From Candidatus Uhrbacteria bacterium (lineage in GTDB: Bacteria > Patescibacteriota > Patescibacteriia > UBA9934 > GWF2-40-263), in the NCBI GenBank assembly GCA_014239775.1, contig JAAZYG010000023.1:223-64222 (forward strand): 64,000 nucleotides of DNA. The letters run 5' to 3'. The notes below the pieces were generated by a model that worked only from the letters and a program-made list of their open reading frames with translations, was not told the DNA's origin and did no database searches. How positions within the stretch are numbered: the stretch's first letter is position 1; every line of letters begins with the position of its first letter. Below, piece after piece: positions 1 to 9,412 of this stretch. The translations under genes and the position numbers were made by a program.

Positions 1-292
1 AATACCAAACAAAAAGATAATTCAGATAGTAGGCATTTCAAGAGGAAGCACGGTGCGCGCACGTCATATTGGAAATGATATATTTGCATGGTTTAAAAAT
101 ATTATTGGAGGTGAAATACATGAATATACAAAATTACAAGCAGAAGCACGTGAACAGGCAATGCAGCGCATGGAAGAAGATGCAGAGAGAATGGGTGCTG
201 ATGCTGTAATAAATTTTCGTATTCATACTTCAACGATCGCCCAAGCAGCATCAGAGATATTAGTATATGGCACAGCGGTAAAGCTTGGATAA
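1..292 (+). CDS. YbjQ/UPF0145 family protein, 5' truncated by window edge
   Basis: Frame is open from position 2 (IPNKKIIQIVGISRGSTVRARHIG); GGEIHEYT..L.EAREQA and GADAVI..EILVYGTAV motifs. Confidence 0.9.
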   Translation, partial: IPNKKIIQIVGISRGSTVRARHIGNDIFAWFKNIIGGEIHEYTKLQAEAREQAMQRMEEDAERMGADAVINFRIHTSTIAQAASEILVYGTAVKLG

Positions 293-315
293 TTTATAAA
301 TAAACCATCAAAACT

Positions 316-435
316 ATGAGCGAAGAATTATTTTGGAAAATATTTCTGTTTATTTTTTTAACCACTCTTATTTATTTGATTTTTATAAGAATTGCTGAAA
401 AGAAAAAGGAAACTTTTGAAGATAGAGATAATTAG
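316..435 (+). CDS. 39-aa single-TM microprotein (MSEELFWKIF...KKKETFEDRDN)
   Basis: Read by hand: ATG at 316, TAG at 433-435; hydrophobic core and charged tail; not in ORF track. Confidence 0.6.
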   Translation: MSEELFWKIFLFIFLTTLIYLIFIRIAEKKKETFEDRDN

Positions 436-540
436 AATATTTAAAGGTTTATTTTTTTATATAAATATGAGAGTATTATAGAAATTATACAAAAGTATAG
501 TTTAACGCATAAGAACCTTTATTAAAATTAAATAAAATAT

Positions 541-1308
541 ATGGGTTCTGAACGCGGGCCAAGGATTGGAGCAGAAGCATTTGCTGAAGCTTCCAATTCT
601 CAAACAACACAAGATACTAAAAAGGAGGGAGAGGTTATAACAGAAAATTTAGATAGAAAAGAAACTTTTTTGTTTTCAAGCACAACTGCTGAACGCAGAG
701 CTGAATTAACAAGAAGTGTAGAAGGGATTATTGCAGATCCAGATAAATATATTGATTCTGGTGGTGCTGCAGACGTTTATAGATTTTCTTCAGATCAAAT
801 CTGTATTAAGGTCTTTAAAGGTCATAAGTCCAGACAAGAAAAAAAGACAGGCATTGACTATGTTGGCACAGAAGCACGTATAACTTTGCGTCTTACTGGT
901 GTTGAGGTAGATGGTGTTAGATCGCCAATGTGTTATGGCTATTGGAAGAGTGATACTGATGGAAGGTCTGCAATTATAATGGAAGAGCTAGATGCAATTA
1001 ATTTACAGCATGTATTTAATGGCAATGCACAGCTTCCAAGTGGATTTGATTTAGACACATTTGTCGATTCACTTTATTCCTATATCGATTATTTACACAC
1101 AGAACATAATATTATTAATGGTGATTTGTTTGCCAGAAACGTAATGGTTGATAAGCAAACGGGTTTACCTAGAGTGATTGATTTTGGCGAATCAAAGTCT
1201 GTAAATCATACTTTGGAAGAAGACCGTAGGAGGTTAGAAAATGCTGATACAGATAATATTGATGCAATTTATGATAAGTTGGAGGCATTGACAAAAAGCA
1301 TTAATTAA
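541..1308 (+). CDS. Protein kinase-like (ePK/RIO-like fold) protein
   Basis: Gly loop IDSGGAADVY, ICIKVF lysine, IIMEEL hinge, NGDLFARN catalytic loop, IDFG. Confidence 0.8.
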   Translation: MGSERGPRIGAEAFAEASNSQTTQDTKKEGEVITENLDRKETFLFSSTTAERRAELTRSVEGIIADPDKYIDSGGAADVYRFSSDQICIKVFKGHKSRQEKKTGIDYVGTEARITLRLTGVEVDGVRSPMCYGYWKSDTDGRSAIIMEELDAINLQHVFNGNAQLPSGFDLDTFVDSLYSYIDYLHTEHNIINGDLFARNVMVDKQTGLPRVIDFGESKSVNHTLEEDRRRLENADTDNIDAIYDKLEALTKSIN

Positions 1309-1316
1309 AGTATTAT
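1288..1316 (+). promoter_or_regulatory. sigma70-type promoter TTGACA-17-TATTAT
   Basis: ttgaca 1288-1293, tattat 1311-1316; AGGAGG at 1336-1341 precedes ATG 1347. Confidence 0.6.
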
Positions 1317-1346
1317 TTTATGTTCAAAAAAGAGCAGGAGGCACGA

Positions 1347-1568
1347 ATGCGTGAATTGTTTCTTACAAAAGAAATCATGGATATTGCACATGCACGTGCA
1401 GTTGAAATGCTTTCTTCTGGCATTGAGCAACGCAAAGCTGCAGAGATCACGTTCGGTGGTTTGCCTAATGGTCCTAAATTTATTGTTTCTATTGAGTCTA
1501 ACGACTTGATGATACTCAATACTTTTAAGGTGGATGACGTAGAGTTTCACCTAGGATGCAGGAGGTAG
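1347..1568 (+). CDS. Hypothetical protein (73 aa from SD-supported start)
   Basis: ORF 1320..1568; in-frame ATG 1347 lies 5 nt after AGGAGG; followed by hairpin. Confidence 0.6.
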   Translation: MRELFLTKEIMDIAHARAVEMLSSGIEQRKAAEITFGGLPNGPKFIVSIESNDLMILNTFKVDDVEFHLGCRR

Positions 1569-1592
1569 GTACTTTGCATAAACCCCTTACAG

Positions 1593-1619
1593 AACCCTTT
1601 ATTACGGAAGGGTTTTTTT
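1593..1619 (+). terminator. Intrinsic terminator
   Basis: aaccctt...aagggtt followed by T-run. Confidence 0.6.
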
Positions 1620-1715
1620 ATTTATAAACTGTAATTAGGTTTATTTTTTTAGTATCAATTTTTTTGTGTAATCTATATTGTCATTTTTTTTATACTCGAG
1701 TAAAGTGCTTGTGAT

Positions 1716-3158
1716 ATGCAGTTTTTAAGGCCAGAAAATGAACATAAAGAGCTTACTTATTCAGATGTTTTTTTAATGCCACGTTATTCTGATATTGTTT
1801 CCAGAATGGATGTTGACCTAACTCCATTTAATAGCATTGGCATGAAACTACCAGTTGTTGTTTCTAACATGACAGCAGTTGCAGGGCGAAGAATGGCAGA
1901 GACTGTTACAAGACGAGGTGGTTTGGTGGTGTTAACTCAGGACATGTCTTTTGATCGAATTGAAGAAATTGTTAAATACACAAAGAAGTGTAATCACGTT
2001 TTTGAGACACCTGTTGTATTACAGGAGGATGAGTCTGTGCAAACAGCATTAAATTTAATATATAAACGATCGCACGGAGCGGTTATTATAGTTGATGACA
2101 AGGATAAGCCAGTTGGTATCTTTACTGAGAGAGATGCACTTCAAAAAGATAGATATAATAGGTTGGGTGATGTAATGACTCGATCGGTAATCACAGTAAC
2201 GGATACAATGGATGTAAAAGATGTGTTTACAGTATTGAAAGATAGAAGATTATCGATCGTTCCGGTTGTGGACAGTGAAGGTACATTAAAAGGAGTTATG
2301 ACAAAAAAAGGTTGTGTCAGATCTGTTATTCATACACCAGCATTGAATAGTAATAATGAGTTTTTAACTGCAGTGGCTGTGCGTATACGTAAAGGTTTGG
2401 AAGAAAATATTCAGAGCATGATTGATTTGGGTGTGGATGTTATTGTTTTAGATACAGCTCATGGACATCAGAAATTAATGATTGATGCTGTTAAAAAAGC
2501 CAGAGCAATTCTTGGTCCTAATCGTGCTTTGGTTGCAGGTAATATTGTCACAGTAGAAGCAGCTGAGGATTTAATTAACGCAGGTGCTAATATTTTAAAA
2601 GTTGGTGTAGGGCCTGGAGGTGCTTGTAAAACTCGCATGACAACAGGTGTGGGTAGGCCTCAGTTTTCAGCAGTGCACCGTGTGTCAAAATTTGCACGTG
2701 ATAGAGGTGTTAGTGTTTGGGCTGATGGTGGAATTAAATATCCACGCGATGTTGCTCTAGCTCTTGCTGCAGGTGCCAGTTCTGTAATGATAGGTAGTTG
2801 GTTTGCAGGCACATATGAAAGTCCAGCGGATATAAAGTTTGATGAGGCAGGTAGAATGTTTAAGGAACAGTTCGGTATGGCATCTCAAATAGCGGTTATA
2901 AATCGAAATATAAATACAGATGAGTTTGAACAAACAAGAAAAGAGTTTTTTGAGGAAGGAATTAATCAATCAAAAATGTACCTACAATCTGGTAGGGAAA
3001 GTGTTGAAAGTATCATCGATCAAATTTCTGCTGGTGTACGGAGCGCGTGTACGTATACTGGCACAACAAATTTAAATGATTTTTATAAAAATTCATTGGT
3101 CGGTGTACAGACCTCTTCTGGATTTAAGGAAGGAAAACCAGTACAGAAAAGTTGGTAA
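1716..3158 (+). CDS. guaB1: GuaB1-family IMPDH-like protein with CBS pair (probable GMP reductase)
   Basis: [55 protein letters not shown] flap. Confidence 0.85.
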   Translation: MQFLRPENEHKELTYSDVFLMPRYSDIVSRMDVDLTPFNSIGMKLPVVVSNMTAVAGRRMAETVTRRGGLVVLTQDMSFDRIEEIVKYTKKCNHVFETPVVLQEDESVQTALNLIYKRSHGAVIIVDDKDKPVGIFTERDALQKDRYNRLGDVMTRSVITVTDTMDVKDVFTVLKDRRLSIVPVVDSEGTLKGVMTKKGCVRSVIHTPALNSNNEFLTAVAVRIRKGLEENIQSMIDLGVDVIVLDTAHGHQKLMIDAVKKARAILGPNRALVAGNIVTVEAAEDLINAGANILKVGVGPGGACKTRMTTGVGRPQFSAVHRVSKFARDRGVSVWADGGIKYPRDVALALAAGASSVMIGSWFAGTYESPADIKFDEAGRMFKEQFGMASQIAVINRNINTDEFEQTRKEFFEEGINQSKMYLQSGRESVESIIDQISAGVRSACTYTGTTNLNDFYKNSLVGVQTSSGFKEGKPVQKSW

Positions 3159-3159
3159 G

Positions 3160-4467
3160 CTACTTAATTTGAAGTAGCTTTTTCGTTTCTATTTTATATG
3201 ATTCAACTGCCGGTTGGTCAAAAGCGTTTACATTTAATAGTTGTGCTAAGTACATCATTTCAATCATTCTAAATTGCATATAGTAGCCAAGTTTTTCTTC
3301 TGTTATTTCATCAAGTTCTATAGTTGAGTATGGAAGTTTGTTTTTACTGTAACTAGCCTGAACTCCACCTATAACTGCACTCATTATATCTGCTGTTGTT
3401 TTACCTGCTATGTGATCTATGAGTTCTGGCATGTATAGGTTTTTTGGAATTTTAGTTTCTTGATCATATTGTGTGGTTACAATATTTGTGTATTTATCTG
3501 TTGGTCCGCCGTAGTACAGTTGTGCCATTGAGTGTAGGTCAGTGGATCCAATGGATATAATAGGTGTAATACCTGTATGTACTTTTTTGTTTTTTAGATC
3601 TTTTTCCTTACCAATACTTTCTCCCATTAATTGTCTGTACCACATGCCAAGTGATTCAAGTTCTGGTGCAAATAAAAAGGTATTATGTATGGTTTTACCT
3701 TTTTTATTATGTAGGTAGGTAAGAGTGGCGGATATTAGAGAGTAGTTGTTTTTTATATTATTTGAAATACCGTCTTTTACAGCTTTTTTTGCACCTGTAA
3801 GTATTTTTTTTGTATCTATACCAACAAGTGTAAGTGGCAGTAATCCGACTGCAGAAAATACTGAGTATCTTCCTCCTACAATTTCTGGAATTTCAATTGT
3901 TTGTATGTTTTGGGCTTTTGCTGCTTTCCAGAATTTTGAGTCTTTATTTGATATAACTATCATTCTGTCTGAAACGTCTTTAAATTTTTTTTCAATTAAT
4001 TTTCTTAAAACTTCTGTATTAACAATTGTTTCAGTTGTCCCTCCAGATTTACTTACAGAAATAAGAAGGAATTCCTTTTTAGATTTAAGCTTTCTTATAG
4101 CTCCATGTATGCTTGATATTTTTTTTTGAGAAATAGTGTCTAAAAAAAGAATTTTAATTTTTTTATTGTCTATAAAATCAAAAGGTCCTCGTAATGCATC
4201 ATAAATTGCTTTTGTACCAAGGTTTGATCCTCCAATACCTATTACTACAACACATTTAAGATGTTTAGATAAATGAGTTTTAGTGATTAGATTTATTTTT
4301 TTATTTATTGTTTTGTCAGTTGGTAGATTGATTGAGGATTCGTTTTGTTCGTATTTATTATTTGTGTGTATTTTTTTTAGATATATTCTGTATGTATTTA
4401 ATGTTGTTGATGTTTTGATTATTGCCGCATCATTTAATCTGGCTGTATTTTTATAAATAAAGTTCAT
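3160..4467 (-). CDS. pgi: Glucose-6-phosphate isomerase
   Basis: GIGGSNLG, SKSGGTTET, VGGRYSVFS, GESIGK, TDLHS, NAFDQPAVESYK. Confidence 0.92.
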   Translation of the reverse strand: MNFIYKNTARLNDAAIIKTSTTLNTYRIYLKKIHTNNKYEQNESSINLPTDKTINKKINLITKTHLSKHLKCVVVIGIGGSNLGTKAIYDALRGPFDFIDNKKIKILFLDTISQKKISSIHGAIRKLKSKKEFLLISVSKSGGTTETIVNTEVLRKLIEKKFKDVSDRMIVISNKDSKFWKAAKAQNIQTIEIPEIVGGRYSVFSAVGLLPLTLVGIDTKKILTGAKKAVKDGISNNIKNNYSLISATLTYLHNKKGKTIHNTFLFAPELESLGMWYRQLMGESIGKEKDLKNKKVHTGITPIISIGSTDLHSMAQLYYGGPTDKYTNIVTTQYDQETKIPKNLYMPELIDHIAGKTTADIMSAVIGGVQASYSKNKLPYSTIELDEITEEKLGYYMQFRMIEMMYLAQLLNVNAFDQPAVESYKIETKKLLQIK

Positions 4468-4532
4468 AATTTTTATATAAAATCTTTCTATTTGATGCTA
4501 TAATAACATATAATAATTAGTAATTCCTTTTT

Positions 4533-4778
4533 ATGAAACTTAATATTAAGGCTTTTGGTCTTGCAGGGGGTGTTTTTTGTGCAGTTGGTATATTTATATG
4601 TGCTTTTTTAGCGCCATTATGGGGAATGCCAGAGATAGTTGTTTGGATAGCTAAAGGGTATAAAGGCTACAGCTCAGATTTGGTTGGTGCTTTGATAGGT
4701 GCGATTTGGGGTTTTGTTGATGCTGGTATTGGATGTGTGATTTTTGCATGGTTGTATAACAAATTTTCACAGAAATAA
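4533..4778 (+). CDS. Small two-TM membrane protein (holin-like family)
   Basis: MKLNIKAFGLAGG...GALIGAIWGFVD...FAWLYN; no phage genes nearby. Confidence 0.6.
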   Translation: MKLNIKAFGLAGGVFCAVGIFICAFLAPLWGMPEIVVWIAKGYKGYSSDLVGALIGAIWGFVDAGIGCVIFAWLYNKFSQK

Positions 4779-4808
4779 TTTAATAAAAATAATTAATTAT
4801 CAAAAGTT

Positions 4809-5024
4809 ATGAAAAAAAATGAAAAATGTAAAATGCACTGTATAACAAATCACATATTGTGGTTGGCTGGTTTAAATTGGGGTTTGGTCGGTTTGTTTGA
4901 TTGGAACTTAATCGAGGTTGTGTTTGGAGCGTGGCCAGTGGTTGTAAAGATGATATATATAATAATGGGACTTTCAGCTATTATGTTTTGTGCTGAAAAG
5001 AAGTGTAAGCCTTGTAAGGTATAA
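4809..5024 (+). CDS. DUF378-family membrane protein
   Basis: GLNWGLVGLFDWNLIEVVFG...IYIIMGLSA. Confidence 0.8.
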   Translation: MKKNEKCKMHCITNHILWLAGLNWGLVGLFDWNLIEVVFGAWPVVVKMIYIIMGLSAIMFCAEKKCKPCKV

Positions 5025-5097
5025 TATTGTACTGTTTTACGTAAAAATAGCATCATTATTATGGTGCTATTTTTAATTGTGTTAATATCTATGTCAT

Positions 5098-5562
5098 ATG
5101 ATAAAGGAATCAAAGAAAGCTCCTGATTTTTCTCTTGTAGATCAAGATGGTGAAATGCACACATTGAGTGATTATAAAGGTCAATGGGTGTTGGTTTATT
5201 TTTATCCACGAGATAATACTCCAGGCTGTACCGTAGAAGCATGTAAAATACGTGATAATTGGCCAGATTTTGAGGAGCTGAGTTTAAAAGTTTTTGGAAT
5301 CAGTGGAGATACTGTTAAAAGTCATTTTGGTTTTGTTAAAAAACACAATTTGCCGTTTACGTTATTATCAGATCCAGAAAAGTTGGTTATTGATAATTAT
5401 GGTGCATTGCGTGAAAAGTCTATGTTTGGAAAAACGTACATGGGAATTCACAGAATGTCTGTTTTAGTTAACCCAAAAGGTAAAATTGCAAAGATTTATG
5501 AAACAGTTAAACCTGACCAGCATGCATCAGAGGTGTTGAATGATTTGAGAAGTTTGGTATAA
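5098..5562 (+). CDS. bcp: Peroxiredoxin Q / Bcp
   Basis: [17 protein letters not shown] motif. Confidence 0.93.
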   Translation: MIKESKKAPDFSLVDQDGEMHTLSDYKGQWVLVYFYPRDNTPGCTVEACKIRDNWPDFEELSLKVFGISGDTVKSHFGFVKKHNLPFTLLSDPEKLVIDNYGALREKSMFGKTYMGIHRMSVLVNPKGKIAKIYETVKPDQHASEVLNDLRSLV

Positions 5563-5575
5563 TAACGCCGGTAAT

Positions 5576-6019
5576 ATGAAAGTAATCCTCATTCAAGCAG
5601 TTGAAACTTTAGGAAAAGAGGGGGAAATTGTAGAGGTGTCTGATGGTCATGCTCGCAATTTTTTATTCCCTCAAAACCTTGCTGTTGCAGCAACCGAAGA
5701 AGCTTTAAGAAAAAGAAAGAAAAAGCAGCAAGTTGTAAAAAAGCAAAGTAAAAAGGTTTTAGCAGCATTTGCAGATTTGGCATCTAGGCTTGATGGTTAT
5801 GAAATAGTACTGAAGGAAAAGATTAACGATAATGGTACATTGTACGGAGCTGTTACTGCTAATACAATTGTAAAGGCGTTAAAAAAAGAAAAGTTTAAGA
5901 TAAAAGAAGAAATGGTCAATCTCGATTCACCAATCAAGGAACCTGGTGAGACTATGGTAAATATCAGTCTCCCACACGGCTTCGAAGCTGAGGTCAGAGT
6001 TGTGATCGAAGGAAAATAA
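5576..6019 (+). CDS. rplI: 50S ribosomal protein L9
   Basis: [27 protein letters not shown]; LYGAVT. Confidence 0.95.
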   Translation: MKVILIQAVETLGKEGEIVEVSDGHARNFLFPQNLAVAATEEALRKRKKKQQVVKKQSKKVLAAFADLASRLDGYEIVLKEKINDNGTLYGAVTANTIVKALKKEKFKIKEEMVNLDSPIKEPGETMVNISLPHGFEAEVRVVIEGK

Positions 6020-6048
6020 ACGGAGCGTCAGCTCTGTTTTTGAATTAT

Positions 6049-7671
6049 ATGAAACATTATTACATTTTTGTTATTGGAGGAGTTATGTCTGGTGTCGGTA
6101 AAGGTACCGTCATGGCATCATTGGGACGTGTTTTGATGGGTAAGGGGTATAAAGTTACTGCCATTAAAATCGATCCATATATTAACGTTGATGCAGGCAC
6201 AATGAATCCAGTTGAACATGGTGAAGTTTTTGTTACAGTCGATGGAGATGAAACAGATCAAGATCTTGGTAATTATGAACGTTTTTTAGATACAGATATT
6301 TTTTCTTTAAATTACATGACAACAGGTCGTGTTTATCAATCTGTAATACAAAGAGAGAGAAATTTGGGATATGGGGGTAAGACAGTGCAGGTTGTACCTC
6401 ACGTTCCAAATGAAGTTATTGATAGAATTGAAAAAGCATCCGAAAAAGCACAGTCAGATTTTACTTTAATTGAAATCGGCGGCACCATCGGTGAATATGA
6501 GAATATTTTATTTTTAGAAGCAGCACGTTTGATGGGTATGAAATACCCTGATCAAGTTTTAAATGTTTTGGTTAGTTACATGCCAATACCTCCGTCAATT
6601 GGTGAAATGAAGACAAAACCAACACAGCAAGCGGTACGTACCGCAATGGCCGCAGGATTAATGCCTGATTTTGTTGTTGCAAGGTCTTCAATACAGATTG
6701 ATCAACCAAGAATGGAGAAATTGGCAATGTTTAGTAATGTGAAAAAAGAGCACGTAATAGGTTCCCCAGACATCGATTCTGTATATAAGGTTCCTTTAAT
6801 TTTTGAAGAGCAGCAATTTGGTGAGAAAATTCTTAGTTTATTTGGATTAAAAAGAAAACTGGATAATGGTTTAGCTGATTGGAAAGAAATGATTAGAAAG
6901 ATTGAAAATACAGAGGGTGTTGTTAAGATAGGGGTAGTTGGAAAGTATTTTAGTGTTGGTGATTTTACTTTGTCAGATGCTTATATTTCAGTAATTGAAG
7001 CACTGAAGCATGCTTCTTGGGCAAATGGAAAGGATGTAGAGTTTACATGGCTCAATTCAGAAGAGTATGAAAATGATTTATCCAAATTGAAAGAATTGGA
7101 TCATCTTGATGGTGTTGTGATTCCTGGTGGATTTGGTTCTCGTGGTATCGAAGGAAAGATACAGGCAATAAAATATTGTAGAGAGAACAATATTCCTTAT
7201 TTAGGTTTGTGTTACGGAATGCAGTGTGCGGTAATTGAATATGCGCGTAACGTACTTGGTTGGAAAGATGCTAATACAACAGAGATAGACACAAATACAA
7301 GTTACCCAGTTGTTGATCTTTTAAAAGGCCAGGAGGAAAATTTAAAAGATGGTAGTTATGGAGGTACGTTGCGTTTAGGTGCATATGACTGTGAGTTGGT
7401 AGATAATACAATATCTTTAGATGCATATGGTACAAAATTGATTAAGGAGAGACATAGGCATAGGTATGAATTTAATAATAAATATCGTAAGGAATTAGAA
7501 GATGCTGGGCTTATTGTGGCAGGTATTAATCCAGATAATAATTTAGTTGAAATAGTTGAATTAAAAGACCATCCTTTTTTTGTTGGTGTGCAATTTCACC
7601 CTGAGTTTCAATCACGACCATTAAATCCACACCCATTATTTCTTGCATTTATTAAGGCAACAAATAAATAG
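6049..7671 (+). CDS. pyrG: CTP synthase
   Basis: GGVMSGVGKG, KIDPYINVDAGTM, KTKPTQ, GLCYGMQ, ERHRHRYE, QFHPE. Confidence 0.97.
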   Translation: MKHYYIFVIGGVMSGVGKGTVMASLGRVLMGKGYKVTAIKIDPYINVDAGTMNPVEHGEVFVTVDGDETDQDLGNYERFLDTDIFSLNYMTTGRVYQSVIQRERNLGYGGKTVQVVPHVPNEVIDRIEKASEKAQSDFTLIEIGGTIGEYENILFLEAARLMGMKYPDQVLNVLVSYMPIPPSIGEMKTKPTQQAVRTAMAAGLMPDFVVARSSIQIDQPRMEKLAMFSNVKKEHVIGSPDIDSVYKVPLIFEEQQFGEKILSLFGLKRKLDNGLADWKEMIRKIENTEGVVKIGVVGKYFSVGDFTLSDAYISVIEALKHASWANGKDVEFTWLNSEEYENDLSKLKELDHLDGVVIPGGFGSRGIEGKIQAIKYCRENNIPYLGLCYGMQCAVIEYARNVLGWKDANTTEIDTNTSYPVVDLLKGQEENLKDGSYGGTLRLGAYDCELVDNTISLDAYGTKLIKERHRHRYEFNNKYRKELEDAGLIVAGINPDNNLVEIVELKDHPFFVGVQFHPEFQSRPLNPHPLFLAFIKATNK

Positions 7672-7690
7672 AAAAAATTAATAAACTACT

Positions 7691-7729
7691 AAAAATACGG
7701 TTGACAAAACCGTGTTTTTATGATATATT
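7691..7729 (+). promoter_or_regulatory. pyrG terminator hairpin overlapping TTGACA-17-TATATT promoter
   Basis: aaaaatacggt/accgtgttttt stem; ttgaca 7701-7706; tatatt 7724-7729. Confidence 0.7.
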
Positions 7730-7784
7730 ATCCTTTAAAATTAGTTCTTTAAACACATTAGACTAGTCGGTCAGGAGGATATTG

Positions 7785-8282
7785 ATGATTATTTTGAAAC
7801 TTTTGATTCTTGGCTTTGCTTTTGTTGGTTTAGTTGCTTCTGGTAACTGGGTTTTCAAGTCAAAGTGGAGTGTTATTGCAAAAACATTGGCTGGAGTTGT
7901 GTTGATTGGACTAGGTACAGAAATGCTTAAAACGCATGCACCACTAATTGGATTGTTTAATCCAATCGCGGCATTTTTGGCAACTGGCGGAATTGTAATT
8001 ATTGCAAGTTGGATTGTTCGTCATAAGAAGTTTAAGACAGACTGGCGTCCAAAGGTTGTTGCAGTTATATCTGCACTTGCATTAATGGCTTTTATTTGGA
8101 CTCCTGTTTTTATGAATCCAACTGGTTCTTTGCCAAGTATTCCAAATATAAACAACGGTGTACCAGGATCTAGTAGACCTATTAAGAATTCTTATAGATC
8201 TAATGATAAAACACCTTGTGATCAGTTGCCATATGATCTTCGTCAATCTCTAGAGTCTTGTAAGTCTAAGATTTCACAATAA
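7785..8282 (+). CDS. Hypothetical membrane protein (about 4 TM, C-terminal Cys pair)
   Basis: ORF with AGGAGG 7773-7778; hydrophobic segments. Confidence 0.7.
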   Translation: MIILKLLILGFAFVGLVASGNWVFKSKWSVIAKTLAGVVLIGLGTEMLKTHAPLIGLFNPIAAFLATGGIVIIASWIVRHKKFKTDWRPKVVAVISALALMAFIWTPVFMNPTGSLPSIPNINNGVPGSSRPIKNSYRSNDKTPCDQLPYDLRQSLESCKSKISQ

Positions 8283-8314
8283 CGAACTTGTATAGCTTCA
8301 AACTGACACATACT

Positions 8315-8354
8315 AGCCGACCTTATATCCTATCTGGATAAAAGGTCGGCTTTT
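8315..8354 (+). terminator. Intrinsic terminator
   Basis: agccgacct...aggtcggct + T-run. Confidence 0.75.
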
Positions 8355-8363
8355 ACTTTAATA

Positions 8364-8392
8364 TTGACAAAAAAGTTATAAATGGTTAATAT
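8364..8392 (+). promoter_or_regulatory. rpmA promoter TTGACA-17-TAATAT
   Basis: ttgaca 8364-8369, taatat 8387-8392. Confidence 0.55.
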
Positions 8393-8425
8393 CGGCACGT
8401 AAATTTAGTTCAATTATTAATAAAT

Positions 8426-8707
8426 ATGGCACATAAGAAAGCGGGTGGTTCTACGAACCTGGGCCGTGATTCGCAAAGCAAACGTCTTGGAGTAAAGATT
8501 TCCGATGGACAGGCGGTAAAAGCTGGACAAATCATAGTCCGACAACGTGGTACAAAGATTCATCCTGGTGATAATGTACGTAAAGGTAAAGATGATACTT
8601 TATACGCTGCACTACAAGGTGTTGTAAAATTTTCTAAGAAAAAAATGGAGAATTTTCATGGTGCTTTGAAAAAGCGAACTTTTGTACGCATTGAACCTCA
8701 AAAATAA
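8426..8707 (+). CDS. rpmA: 50S ribosomal protein L27
   Basis: [33 protein letters not shown]. Confidence 0.97.
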   Translation: MAHKKAGGSTNLGRDSQSKRLGVKISDGQAVKAGQIIVRQRGTKIHPGDNVRKGKDDTLYAALQGVVKFSKKKMENFHGALKKRTFVRIEPQK

Positions 8708-8711
8708 GCAC

Positions 8712-8740
8712 AAACATCTCGTAGAAGCGGGGTGTTTTTG
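8712..8740 (+). terminator. Intrinsic terminator after rpmA
   Basis: aaacatctcgt/gcggggtgttt stem + T-run. Confidence 0.6.
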
Positions 8741-8777
8741 TTTGAGAAAAAGGATAATTTAAGATATTATTAGATAT

Positions 8778-9014
8778 ATGAATGATATAGAAGAACAGAT
8801 TGAACAGGTTTTAGAACAGGTTAGGCCAGCGCTTCGTATGGACGGTGGTGGTATTGAGCTTGTGAAATATGATGCAGAAAATGGTGCTGTACATGTTAGG
8901 TTGCAGGGTGCATGTGTTGGATGTCCTATGTCACAGGTTACATTAAAGATGGGGGTTGAGATGGCATTACAAGACGCACTACCTGAAATAAAAGAGGTTA
9001 TTTCAGTGGAGTAA
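8778..9014 (+). CDS. NifU-like (Nfu) Fe-S domain protein
   Basis: VRPALRMDGGGIEL...LQGACVGCPMSQVTLKMGVE. Confidence 0.92.
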   Translation: MNDIEEQIEQVLEQVRPALRMDGGGIELVKYDAENGAVHVRLQGACVGCPMSQVTLKMGVEMALQDALPEIKEVISVE

Positions 9015-9015
9015 C

Positions 9016-9411
9016 ATGAGATTATCAACTGCACAAACAAAACGTTTTTATAAGTCCTTTTTTGAGATGATGAAAAAGGAAGTTTTGTATATTTGGTCAT
9101 TTATATTGTCGTTGTTGCTTTTATTTAGCACTATTGGTTTATTAGTGTGGAAAATTGTTCCATTGGCTGCAAGTAAATCATTTTTACCATTACATTATAA
9201 TGTTTATTTTGGTGTAGACAGGTTTGGTCCCTGGTATTATGTTTTCATGGTTCCTGTTATTGGTTTATTTATATTTTTTTTAAATTTATTTTTTGAAACT
9301 AAGTATTTTAAAACTGAAAAAATATTAGGTAGATTTTTTGCTGTATTTAGTATTTTATTTCAGTTTGTATTACTGGTGGCAACTATATTAATAGTTTTGG
9401 TTAATATTTAA
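9016..9411 (+). CDS. Hypothetical membrane protein
   Basis: 3 TM; LPLHYNVYFGVDRFG motif; abuts mraY. Confidence 0.7.
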   Translation: MRLSTAQTKRFYKSFFEMMKKEVLYIWSFILSLLLLFSTIGLLVWKIVPLAASKSFLPLHYNVYFGVDRFGPWYYVFMVPVIGLFIFFLNLFFETKYFKTEKILGRFFAVFSILFQFVLLVATILIVLVNI

Positions 9412-9412
9412 T

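Noticed and set aside
502-529. dif-like site (ttaacgcataa-gaacct-ttattaaaatt)
   Set aside because: The XerD arm matches poorly and no skew switch is visible; likely chance in AT-rich DNA.
4533-4778. Prophage lysis cassette
   Set aside because: The holin-like gene has no endolysin or other phage genes nearby.
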